In this document: positions 1-8,746 of the stretch, one piece after another
Layout: every line of letters starts with the position of its first letter
Numbering within the stretch: position 1 is the first letter of the stretch
Origin: Thermodesulfobacteriota bacterium
GTDB taxonomy: Bacteria; Desulfobacterota; Desulfarculia; JACQYL01
Assembly: GCA_963675595.2 (NCBI GenBank)
Contig: CAXXLZ010000002.1
Location: 2,688,001-2,752,000, forward strand
Reading direction: 5' to 3'
DNA: 64,000 bases
The notes under the pieces: model-generated
What the model was told of the DNA's origin: nothing
What the model saw: only the letters and a program-made list of their open reading frames with translations
Database searches by the model: none
Made by a program: the position numbers and the translations under genes

Positions 1-625
1 GAGGCCGACTTGCCGCAGGTGGTGTTTTCCGCTCTTGTTGTAACCCCTTGCCGCCAAATCGGAACCGGTCTTGGTGGCCATGTAGGTGAAATAGTTGGTG
101 GTGTCGAACAGCACGGTGTCGGGGTTCTGCCGGCGACCCGTCCAGAGCCTTTGGAGGAAAAGCCGACCGGCCTTCTCAACCTGTTCCCTGGAAACGCGAT
201 CCCACTTCTCCCAGTAGCGCTCGGAGGTCAGTTGAGTCAAATCCACTGGACGAATCTGTTGGACGGCGGTCTTTCGGTACCATTCCTCAAGGGAGCGCTT
301 GCTCTTGGGAGCGATCATTCGGTTGGCCCAGGCGTAGTAGAAATACTCGCCCACCGTGGGGCCGGTTTCGTTACGCCCTCTTGGGACAACACTGTCGATG
401 ATGCCGATCGTATCCAGTTCTTGTTCCAGGGCATGAGCCACGAAGAGGGCCCCAAAGGACTCTGTTTTAAGTCTGGACGGCTTGCCCGAAGTCTCGGCTT
501 CTTGGAGTTTGGCGAGGATGGTTTCCGGGGTTCCGAGATACTTTTGCCACTTCACTTGGACCTTCCCGCCGACGCGGTGGACCTCACGAAGATACCAGTA
601 GGTTCTACCCTTGAAGGTCTTCTTA

Positions 626-2175
626 CTAGAGTTTAGAGTCTGGCGACCCTTGGTATAGGAAAAATGCGAATAAAGACAACAAAGTACTTGACATTGCCGC
701 GCGGATGCGCGGCCGCCTTTGGCGGCCCTTTAAGGAAAGAAACCTTTCCTTGGGGGTCAACCAATGGATTCGACGGCTCAAGCACTTATGCTCCTATCGC
801 AGTGGATTTCCTTTCTATTTCAGGCCGTTCCGTGCAGAATAGCTCCGACTCTTCTGGAACTCCTGATGGGATGTATGGTCTGCCGCGGCGGCCATATTTC
901 TTCCGCGCTTCTGGCCGTTCGGCCCCAGTTGTCCTGGACCGCCTATTACAAGGCCATCGAAAAGGGCCGATTCCAATGGCTTGCGCTAGCCCGGCAATGG
1001 ATGCGCCTGATCCTGAAACGGATTCCAAACCGATCCATCGAGTTCGCCATAGACGACTTCCCTTTGCCCAGATCGTCCAAGAAAGCTCCCTGCGCCGGTT
1101 GGCATTACGATCACGCGCACCGGCCCAACCGCCCCAAATTCCTGTGGGGACAGCTTCGGGTTTCTCTGGCTGTCATCTGCCGCCACAAGGGCCGGGTAGC
1201 CGCGTTTCCCCTCTTGTTTCGGCTCATCCGCAAAAAAGGGAACACCACCAAACTGGACGCGGCGCGGCTCTTGATGTCCGTTCTCATGACTTGGCTGCCG
1301 GATCGCTTTCTCATTATTCTGCTGCTCGATGCCTGGTATATGAAAAGCTCCCTGGTGGTTCCCCTGATTCGCGATGGTGTGACGGTCATCGGCCAAGTCC
1401 GCAAAGATACCGCCCTGTTTTTGCCTCCGGACAATCCGCCTCGGAAGAAACGGGGCAGACCCAGAAAGTATGGGGAAAAACTCACGTTGGAAAACATCGG
1501 ACGATTCTGTCGTCCGGTGGAGAAAACCCTCTTTGCCTACGGCTCGGAACGAGTTTTCCAGTTCTACCAAACCAAAGCCAAAGTCCGCTTCCTGGACGGC
1601 CGGTTGTGCAAGATCGTGTGGTGCCGGTTTATGTCCGACAACCCCTCTTGGTCCGATTGGCATCTTCTGATCAGTACCGATCCCGACATGGACGGCGCGG
1701 AAGTGATTACACGCTATGCACGACGATGGTGGACCGAGCCCATGTTCAACGAGATCAAGCACCTGTTCGGACTGAAAAATGCTTGGCAGCAGACACGGCA
1801 GACATTGGCTCGATGGAGCATGATCTTGTGCCTGGCCTACGGCTTGCCACGGCTCTTGGCGCTCTGCCTGGGTCCCAACGCGGCCTATACGATGTTTCCA
1901 ATCCCTTGGAGAAAGAACAGGCCCGCCACCGCCGGCTGGATGGCCGCAGCCATCGGTCGTCTTTTCGGCAACTTAAACGTGCGAGCCATGTGGAACCGGA
2001 AATCCAAAAAATTCCAACCGGAATTCACCGATTCTCCGGAAGACTTGGGGCGCGCTGCCTGATATCCGTGTTCAGTCAATCATCTCAAAGCCTTACGTCA
2101 ACGGTATTCAACCCGTCTTGGAGAACTATGCTCTTCTATACAAACTTGGCTGCCCCGCATGGCTCTAAACTCTAG
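626..2175 (+). mobile_element. Complete insertion sequence (IS701/IS4-like DDE) with 15-bp terminal inverted repeats and 8-bp target-site duplication TCTTCTTA
   Basis: Left end CTAGAGTTTAGAGTC (626-640); the right end reverse-complements to CTAGAGTTTAGAGCC (2161-2175); direct repeats at 618-625 and 2176-2183. Confidence 0.93.
764..2062 (+). CDS. DDE transposase (IS701/IS4-like)
   Basis: 432 aa; FAIDD, LLDAWY, KRGRPRKYG and YARRWWTEPMFNEIK motifs; lies between the inverted repeats. Confidence 0.9.
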   Translation: MDSTAQALMLLSQWISFLFQAVPCRIAPTLLELLMGCMVCRGGHISSALLAVRPQLSWTAYYKAIEKGRFQWLALARQWMRLILKRIPNRSIEFAIDDFPLPRSSKKAPCAGWHYDHAHRPNRPKFLWGQLRVSLAVICRHKGRVAAFPLLFRLIRKKGNTTKLDAARLLMSVLMTWLPDRFLIILLLDAWYMKSSLVVPLIRDGVTVIGQVRKDTALFLPPDNPPRKKRGRPRKYGEKLTLENIGRFCRPVEKTLFAYGSERVFQFYQTKAKVRFLDGRLCKIVWCRFMSDNPSWSDWHLLISTDPDMDGAEVITRYARRWWTEPMFNEIKHLFGLKNAWQQTRQTLARWSMILCLAYGLPRLLALCLGPNAAYTMFPIPWRKNRPATAGWMAAAIGRLFGNLNVRAMWNRKSKKFQPEFTDSPEDLGRAA

Positions 2176-2203
2176 TCTTCTTATACAAATGCGGCATAAT
2201 CGA

Positions 2204-2231
2204 ATTATGCCTAATAGGTTCTACATGTCAA
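2204..2231 (-). promoter_or_regulatory. Sigma70-like promoter of the IS1634 transposase (probably leaderless)
   Basis: Minus strand TTGACA-16 nt-CATAAT ending 7 nt before the ATG at 2197; overlapped by the palindrome GGCATAAT-cga-ATTATGCC (2193-2211). Confidence 0.6.
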
Positions 2232-2400
2232 GAGGAAAATCGATTGTCGTTGAAAAATAAGGCGCTTAGATCAGGATATCCGGGGCGGGAAGGTAGGTTC
2301 TACGTATCATCGAGAGGTAACTACCCGAAACTATTATTGAATTTGCCGTTACAAAAGATTATCCCTGAAACTCCTGTCTAACGGTTTCGCAGGAGTTGAT

Positions 2401-3906
2401 ATGCGAACAAATGTCGAAATAGACCCCCTAACTCGCATCGAGGGGCATCTGGCGATACGGCTGGACGTACAGTCGGGAAAGGTTGTTCAGGCTTACAGCT
2501 CCGGAGAGATGTTTCGCGGTTTTGAAGCGATTCTCAAAGGACGTCACCCCATGGATGCCCAGCAGATCACGCAGCGAATCTGCGGAGTCTGCCCCATATC
2601 GCACGGGCTGGCCTCCATTGGAGCGCAGGAGGAAGCTTACGGCGTCAGACCGCCGGAAAACGGACGTCTGGCCCGCAACCTTATCCTCGGAACCAATTAC
2701 ATCCAATCTCACATCGTTCACTTCTACCAGTTATCGGCCCTGGATTTCATCGATATCACCGCCATATTAAAATACTCGGGAGTCGATCCCCTGCTGAACG
2801 GGCTCAAATCCTGGGTCAAATCCCAACTGGATTCGAACGGCATTTTTCCCGCGGCGCCCTTTTTGCCGAGATATGAAGGCCGGTATGTGGAGGACCCCGA
2901 GATCAACATCGGCGCCGTCCGCCACTATCTCGATGCGCTGGAATTTCGGGCTCTGGCCCAGGAAGCCCTGGCCGTGTACGGCGGCAAGGCCCCTCATGCC
3001 ACCGCCCTGATCCCGGGCGGTATTACCGAAAGGATCACCGCCGCCAATATCTCCAAGGTCGCCTCCATCGTAAACAGCCTCCAGGCGTTCGTGGAAACCG
3101 TCTATCTGCCCGATGTGGTGACCGTGGCCAAGTCCTTCCCGGATTACTTCGAGATCGGACGTGGTTGCGGCAATTTTCTCGCCTTTGGAGTTTTTCCCGG
3201 GTCGGACGGGTCCAAATTGCTTCCCGGCGGTCGACTGGCTCAGGGGAAGAAGGCGGATTTCGACCCCGGAAAAATCACCGAGGACACGGCCAGATCCAAG
3301 TTTTCGTCGCCCTCCGGTCTGCACCCCTATGAAGGACGGACCGAACCCGCCCCGGACAAAGCCGAAGCCTACTCATGGCTCAAAGCTCCCCGTTACGACG
3401 GCAAGCCTCACGAGGTCGGCCCTCTGGCCCGGATCCTGGTCGCCTACACCAACGGAGACACCCGGATCAAGAAACTGGTCGATGGTGTTTTACAGAACCT
3501 TTCCCTACCTGTTTCGGCCCTGGATTCGGTCATGGGACGACACGCGGCCCGTGCCTTGGAATGCAAAATCGTGGCCGATCAATGCGGGCATTGGGTTCAG
3601 GAGCTCAAAGCCGGCGAACCCGCCTTTACCGACTTCGAAATCCCCGCCTCGGGCAGAGGCGCCGGACTGACCGAAGCGCCTCGCGGAGCCTTAGGCCACT
3701 GGCTGGAAATCAGGAACCACAGGATATCCAATTATCAATGCGTGGTGCCTTCCACCTGGAATTGTTCCCCCAGAGACGCGGCCGGGGTACCCGGGCCTGT
3801 GGAGACGGCTCTGGAAGGCACTCCGGTGGCCGATCCGAAAAACCCGATCGAGGCGGCCCGCGTCGTCCGATCTTTCGATCCCTGCTTGGCTTGCGCCGTC
3901 CATTGA
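2401..3906 (+). CDS. [NiFe]-hydrogenase large subunit, no C-terminal extension
   Basis: DPLTRIEGH, L1 QRICGVCPISH, EAPRGALGHW, L2 RSFDPCLACAVH directly followed by stop; RBS AGGAG at 2391. Confidence 0.96.
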   Translation: MRTNVEIDPLTRIEGHLAIRLDVQSGKVVQAYSSGEMFRGFEAILKGRHPMDAQQITQRICGVCPISHGLASIGAQEEAYGVRPPENGRLARNLILGTNYIQSHIVHFYQLSALDFIDITAILKYSGVDPLLNGLKSWVKSQLDSNGIFPAAPFLPRYEGRYVEDPEINIGAVRHYLDALEFRALAQEALAVYGGKAPHATALIPGGITERITAANISKVASIVNSLQAFVETVYLPDVVTVAKSFPDYFEIGRGCGNFLAFGVFPGSDGSKLLPGGRLAQGKKADFDPGKITEDTARSKFSSPSGLHPYEGRTEPAPDKAEAYSWLKAPRYDGKPHEVGPLARILVAYTNGDTRIKKLVDGVLQNLSLPVSALDSVMGRHAARALECKIVADQCGHWVQELKAGEPAFTDFEIPASGRGAGLTEAPRGALGHWLEIRNHRISNYQCVVPSTWNCSPRDAAGVPGPVETALEGTPVADPKNPIEAARVVRSFDPCLACAVH

Positions 3907-3920
3907 TTAAGGAGACGCGG

Positions 3921-4844
3921 ATGTCGGATATCAGCCGTCGTGATTTCATAAGGATGGGGGTCACTCTGACCGCGGCATTGGGTCTGAGTACCACCCTGGT
4001 GCCCCGTGTGGCCGAAGCTCTGGAGGAGTTGGCTTCCGGGCAGGCCCCCGTGCTTTGGCTCCAGGGACAAAGCTGCTCCGGATGTTCGGTCTCGTTCCTC
4101 AATTCCGAGCACCCCTCCCCGGCCGAGGTCTTGACCGGATACATTTCCCTCCTGTTCCATCAGACCATCTCCGCAGCCACCGGCCATACGGCCGTAGACA
4201 TCGTCAATCGCTCCATTGAAAAAGGCGGGTACTACCTCGTCGTCGAAGGGGCCATGCCTTTGGGCATGCCTCAAGCCTGTCTCATGGGCCACGAACCCGT
4301 GATCGACCAGGTCGCTCGCGCCGCGGCCAAGTCCGCGGCCGTGATCGCAGTCGGTTCGTGCGCCGCCACGGGAGGCATTCCGGCGGCCGAGAACAATCCC
4401 ACCGGAGCGGTTAGCGTGCCTGAATTCCTGAAGAAGAAGGGAATCAGCAAACCGGTGATCACCCTTCCGGGGTGTCCCGCTCACCCTGACTGGCTGATCG
4501 GAACCATTGTCCACGTACTCAAATTCGGCCTGCCGGCCTTGGACGCCCTCGGGCGCCCCAAGGTCTTCTACGGCCGCCTGATCCATGAGCAATGTCCCCG
4601 ATTCGCCGACTACGAGCGTGAGAATTTCGCAAGAAGTTTCTCCGATGAGGGCTGTCTCTTCAAACTCGGGTGCCTGGGTCCCATCACCCATGCCGATTGC
4701 ACCGTCCGTCACTGGAATCGGGGAGCCAACACGTGCATCAAAGCCGGCGCTCCCTGCATCGGGTGCGCAGCCCCGGACTTCGCCCGCTCGGCCGCACTGC
4801 CGTTCTACCGCAAGGGTGAACCTTCACGTGAGAAGGAGGCCTAA
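3921..4844 (+). CDS. [NiFe]-hydrogenase small subunit with Tat signal peptide
   Basis: [12 protein letters not shown] twin-Arg motif; CSGCS, GSCA, PGCP, HEQC...CLFKLGC, C...[11 protein letters not shown]; no C-terminal TM anchor; start reassigned to ATG 3921 behind AAGGAG. Confidence 0.95.
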   Translation: MSDISRRDFIRMGVTLTAALGLSTTLVPRVAEALEELASGQAPVLWLQGQSCSGCSVSFLNSEHPSPAEVLTGYISLLFHQTISAATGHTAVDIVNRSIEKGGYYLVVEGAMPLGMPQACLMGHEPVIDQVARAAAKSAAVIAVGSCAATGGIPAAENNPTGAVSVPEFLKKKGISKPVITLPGCPAHPDWLIGTIVHVLKFGLPALDALGRPKVFYGRLIHEQCPRFADYERENFARSFSDEGCLFKLGCLGPITHADCTVRHWNRGANTCIKAGAPCIGCAAPDFARSAALPFYRKGEPSREKEA

Positions 4845-4845
4845 G

Positions 4846-6435
4846 TTGAAGCTGAACGCCAAGCTGATCCTCTCCCTGGTCGTGGTGCTCATGGTAACCG
4901 TGGTCGGCGCCCAAGCCGTTCAATACTTTTGGACCGTAAGCCTGGTCTCCAAAATCAACGAACACAATCTCAACCTGATCAGGGACGGCCAAGAACAGCA
5001 GGCCGCCAATCTATCCGTTTCCGTGATGCGCGGCATCGAAGGTTCCCTGGTCAGGGGAGAAATGGAGAAATTCACCCGTCTGCTGCAATCCCTCAACGGC
5101 GTGGAAGGCCTTCAAGAAGTCTCCCTCTTCGACGCCGGAGGCAAGGTCACCCACTCCTCCAAACCCGAATTCATCGACCGACAAATTCCGGGCGACATCC
5201 AGGCCGACGTGTTCGGCCATGCCGAAGAATACAAACGCGAGACGGCGGAATCCCTCGAGATATACCACCCTCATCTGGTGATCCCCGATTGCATCCGGTG
5301 CCACACTTCCTGGAAAAACAACAAAATTCGCGGAGCCACCATGCTCCGCTTTTCCAAGGAAGCCCTGGTCAAGGCGCAAGGCGAAGCCGAACACGCGCTG
5401 GCCGTCGCCAAGTCGAATTCCATGTGGTCCGCCGTCATGGCGGTGGCCGCGGTGGTGATCATTTTCGTTGTGGGAATGCTGATCACGGTCAGTAAATTCG
5501 TCGGCCGACCCATGGGCAAATTGGTGGAGATGTTGGAGCAATACGATGTGGATCTAACCCTTGAGATGCCCATCCAGTCCAAAGACGAGATCGGAACGGC
5601 TGCCCGACTGTTGAATCGATTCGTCAACAAACTCAATCAGGTCATCGGCCAAGCCCAGAAAGCGGCCACGGCGGTGGGCGAACACGTGGGCGGCCAAGCC
5701 GCGGCCATTGAACAACTGGCCTCTTCCTCCGCCATTATCGCCCGAACCACCAAAGTCAACTCCGACAACTCCCGTCAGGCTGCCGATCTGATGAACCAGG
5801 TCAGCGATAAGGTCGGACGGGCCAACACCACTATCGCTTCCCTGAGCGAGGCCATGATCGGATTGTCCGATGCCGGTAAGCGCGTCGCCGAAATCATGAG
5901 AGTCATAGACGACATCGCCTTCCAAACGAACCTGTTGGCTTTGAACGCGGCTGTGGAAGCGGCGAGAGCGGGAGAGGCCGGGGCCGGTTTCGCGGTCGTT
6001 GCCGACGAGGTACGCGCCCTCGCCCAGAGATCCGCCGAGGCCGCGGGAAACACCTCCGAACTCATGGAAGCGACTCTTGAACGAATCGAACACAGCAACG
6101 GCATGGTCGCCTCCACCAATGAGATGTTCGATGAAATCACTCGGCAGATCGACGCGGCAAACAAGCTCATGGCCGATATTGCCGAAGGTTCCACCGAGCA
6201 GGCCGAGGGCGTGGATCAGATCAACAGCACGCTCAATGAGGTGGACCGGACCACTCAGATCAATTCCGCCCAGGCGGCGGGTCTATCGGAGACCATGTCT
6301 ACGTTTCAGACTTCTTACTCCAAGACGGCATTTCCCGGGGGCCGCACCGGCGGCGGGCGCAAGGCCATCGAGTACAAGCCGAACGCGCCGGCATCCAAAG
6401 AATCCATGCTCCTTGATTCCAATACGGAATTCTAA
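4846..6435 (+). CDS. Methyl-accepting chemotaxis protein with periplasmic c-type heme (CxxCH) sensor domain
   Basis: TTG start 1 nt after the small-subunit stop, RBS AGGAGG; TM1, CIRCH, TM2, HAMP (SKDEIG), signalling hairpin [34 protein letters not shown]. Confidence 0.93.
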   Translation: MKLNAKLILSLVVVLMVTVVGAQAVQYFWTVSLVSKINEHNLNLIRDGQEQQAANLSVSVMRGIEGSLVRGEMEKFTRLLQSLNGVEGLQEVSLFDAGGKVTHSSKPEFIDRQIPGDIQADVFGHAEEYKRETAESLEIYHPHLVIPDCIRCHTSWKNNKIRGATMLRFSKEALVKAQGEAEHALAVAKSNSMWSAVMAVAAVVIIFVVGMLITVSKFVGRPMGKLVEMLEQYDVDLTLEMPIQSKDEIGTAARLLNRFVNKLNQVIGQAQKAATAVGEHVGGQAAAIEQLASSSAIIARTTKVNSDNSRQAADLMNQVSDKVGRANTTIASLSEAMIGLSDAGKRVAEIMRVIDDIAFQTNLLALNAAVEAARAGEAGAGFAVVADEVRALAQRSAEAAGNTSELMEATLERIEHSNGMVASTNEMFDEITRQIDAANKLMADIAEGSTEQAEGVDQINSTLNEVDRTTQINSAQAAGLSETMSTFQTSYSKTAFPGGRTGGGRKAIEYKPNAPASKESMLLDSNTEF

Positions 6436-6436
6436 A

Positions 6437-6561
6437 AGGTTTATGAAAAACGCGATCTGCGGCGCGCGTTGCGCTTCACCCCTCGTCACCAGGGCGTACC
6501 CTATGTACGCCTCCTTCCTCGGGACTTTCGCGCCGTACATCTCATCGTTTTTCATAAGCCT
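6437..6561. repeat. Palindromic MITE-like intergenic repeat, copy 1
   Basis: Terminal IR AGGTTTATGAAAAACG / CGTTTTTCATAAGCCT; internal GGCGTAC-cctat-GTACGCC hairpin; homologous to 39549-39706 and 61260-61305. Confidence 0.85.
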
Positions 6562-6788
6562 GCGCGAAGGGAACATCTTCAACGGGGGGTTGGGGCGCCG
6601 TTGAGGGAATTCTCTAGTTCCGAGGCCAAGCAATGGACCGGCAAACGACTCCGAGCCCTCTCCCGATTCACCCCGACGGCTTTCAGACCACCGACCAAGG
6701 AAAGGAAGTGCCCACGGCATGCTCGCCCCGGGCGGACTCCCGTGGGATGATTACGCATCATAGATTTCAGACAAGGAAAGGAGAACTC

Positions 6789-7211
6789 GTGCAATCCAAA
6801 ACCATCTCTCAAGGAAGTCCCGGCGAAAAATTCATCACCGAATCCAAGACCATCACCGAAGCGGAGGAAGCCGACTTCTGCCGGATCACGGCCAATACGC
6901 TTCCGATTTTCCTCTCAGACGAAGCCGCGCAAGCCAAAGGCTGGCCGCGTCGGCTGGTCCCCGGCGTAATGACCATGTCATGCAGTATCGGGCTGCTCGA
7001 ACAGGCGGGATTTCTCGACGACGTCGTCGCTTTCATGGGTGCGGATAAGCTGCGGTATCTGGCGCCGGTATACATCGGCGACACCCTGCACGTGGAAGTG
7101 GAATTTATAGAGAAACGCCCCATCAAAGACGGCAGCCGCCATGTGATCATCTATGATTTCAAGACGTACAATCAAGACGGGGTCGCGGTGCTCGCAGCTC
7201 AGAACAGGTGA
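6789..7211 (+). CDS. MaoC/hot-dog fold dehydratase-like protein (possible Sec read-through to 7220)
   Basis: GTG start after GGAG; SKTITEAE...NTLPIFLSDEAA...LVPG...YLAPVYIGDTL...YNQDG typical of MaoC; ends in TGA-ATG-TGC-TGA. Confidence 0.85.
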   Translation: MQSKTISQGSPGEKFITESKTITEAEEADFCRITANTLPIFLSDEAAQAKGWPRRLVPGVMTMSCSIGLLEQAGFLDDVVAFMGADKLRYLAPVYIGDTLHVEVEFIEKRPIKDGSRHVIIYDFKTYNQDGVAVLAAQNR

Positions 7212-7433
7212 ATGTGCTGATCTCCTGTTTCCGGTCGGAAACAATTGGATTACAGCCGATGGGTCCTTCCCAAGTTGAAAGAGTTGGGGGAACCCTCCCC
7301 AAGACTTTTGGTATTTAACTACGTTGCACGGTGGCATGCCGCTCATTTTGCGAATCGCGTGCGCGATTCGCAAAAGCGCAATCGGGTTCTTGGGGGCCAT
7401 CGCTCCCCCGGCGGAAAGGCCGGCCCACAATTT

Positions 7434-7793
7434 TTATCGCTCTTTCAGCCTCCGCTCTCCCCTGCGGGATCGAAATACCACGACGCTTCCATAGGCAAAA
7501 TACAGTCCGGCCAGGCCCCTAAAAACACGAGTCGGCCATGCGGCGGGAATGAGGGTCGAAATCAGTACATTGCCGATCCCTGAAAGAAGCATGAGCCCCG
7601 AAAGAATCACCAAAGCGGCTTTGGACCCGCGAAAAGCAAACACCGCAAGCGCGGCGTAGATCACCACGGACGACCAGAGCAGGATCTGGAGATGCGGCGG
7701 TTCCATGGGGTGGGTAATCGAATGGATGCATTTCATCACCGGAATCAGGGTATAGAGTACAATCACGGTCTTGCGGTGAAAAAGCGCATTCAT
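7434..7793 (-). CDS. Small multi-pass membrane protein of unknown function
   Basis: ATG after AAGAGG; three to four hydrophobic segments; basic C-terminus. Confidence 0.55.
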   Translation of the reverse strand: MNALFHRKTVIVLYTLIPVMKCIHSITHPMEPPHLQILLWSSVVIYAALAVFAFRGSKAALVILSGLMLLSGIGNVLISTLIPAAWPTRVFRGLAGLYFAYGSVVVFRSRRGERRLKER

Positions 7794-8057
7794 GGACCTC
7801 TTGATCCGGATCGGCATGACCATGGCAAGATTACTCCACATCTCTTATACTCACGGTTCTTTGTTTCGATTCCAATCCCCAAGCATATCCCCCTCGTTCC
7901 CCCGTACATGAGGCCTCCTCCTTTTTTCAAGCATTTCAGAGGTGACACGGCGACTCGGGAGCCAATACGACCAAACCGCATCGTCGATCTTCCCCACTGA
8001 TTCCGATACCCGCGGTCCGACACGGCAAATCAACCTTTCCCTTGCGGATCATTGGCT

Positions 8058-8087
8058 TTGACATGGTCCCCGACCCTTTGATAGATT
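8058..8087 (+). promoter_or_regulatory. Putative sigma70 promoter for the PTS IIA-Hsp20 pair
   Basis: TTGACA-18 nt-TAGATT with an extended -10 TG. Confidence 0.45.
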
Positions 8088-8218
8088 TAGTATGACTTTT
8101 TTCGTTCCGATGCGGTGTTCGGAGTGATCCGATGGTCGAGCATGAACGCTCGGGGAGACGCGGAGCTCCCGTATGGGGAAGAATCCGGTGGTGAGTGTGA
8201 TGGGTGGGTGCAACGGTC

Positions 8219-8686
8219 ATGGACCTCTTTGAAGCACTTCCGGAAGAGCTTATTTTGCTCGATGTCGACTCCGAGGATAAGGAAAGCCTGTTCGTCAAGG
8301 TTGCGGTTCAACTGAAGAGTCTCGGATATATTCAAGACGAATACGAACTGGTTGAAAGTCTGAAGTACCGGGAAGAAATCATGTCCACGGGCATCGGCGA
8401 CGGGGTGGCTTTCCCGCACGCCGAACTCAGCGACCTCAAAGAACGCATCGTGGTCGTGGCCAGGCTGAAGAAGGCGGTTAAGTTCGAGGCGTTGGACCGG
8501 AAGCCCGTGGATCTCGCTTTCGTGCTCATTACCCCCAAGGGAAGGCACGACCACGTTTTGGACATCCTGGAGACTTTGGCCAGAATGATCCGAGACACGG
8601 ATCTCCTCGCAAGGATTCGTCGGGCCGCGGACGAAAAAGAAGTGCAGTTCGCTTTGAAGATGAGTAAGGATTGCGTCTTCGGCTGA
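8219..8686 (+). CDS. PTS IIA (fructose/nitrogen-regulatory type) domain protein
   Basis: REEIMSTGIGDGVAFPHA (phospho-His motif), FEALDRKPVDLAFVL. Confidence 0.9.
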   Translation: MDLFEALPEELILLDVDSEDKESLFVKVAVQLKSLGYIQDEYELVESLKYREEIMSTGIGDGVAFPHAELSDLKERIVVVARLKKAVKFEALDRKPVDLAFVLITPKGRHDHVLDILETLARMIRDTDLLARIRRAADEKEVQFALKMSKDCVFG

Positions 8687-8746
8687 TATCAATCAGAGAT
8701 TTTTTGTACTGAAACCGAAGGGAGCCCTTCAAGGAGGCGTCTGAAG

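Larger units (their letters stand above)
1..2197 (-). pseudogene. IS1634-family transposase, interrupted after about 7 codons by the IS at 626-2175; continues off the left edge (segments 2197-2176 and 617-1)
   Basis: Removing 626-2175 plus one TCTTCTTA copy restores the frame MPHLYKKTFKGRTYWYLREVHRVGGKVQVKWQKYLG...VLFDTTNYFTY...RGYNKSGKHHLRQVGL, which resembles the IS1634 N-terminus and first catalytic Asp region. Confidence 0.85.

Noticed and set aside
626-629. CTAG as a 4-bp target duplication
   Set aside because: The perfect 8-bp flanking repeat and the clean restoration of the IS1634 frame favour CTAG being part of the IR
10-636. 208-aa plus-strand ORF
   Set aside because: Antisense shadow of the IS1634 transposase on the minus strand
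664-2175. 503-aa ORF spanning the inner IS in another frame
   Set aside because: No recognisable motifs and Arg/Ser/Pro-rich; overlaps the true transposase; most likely an off-frame artefact, though unusually long
3880-3906. [NiFeSe] hydrogenase or Sec read-through
   Set aside because: L2 encodes Cys at both positions; the TGA follows the terminal His and is followed by the next gene's RBS
3375-3920. N-terminal extensions of ORF-track calls (3375, 4585, 12802, 49615 and others)
   Set aside because: They overlap upstream genes; better starts with an RBS exist downstream
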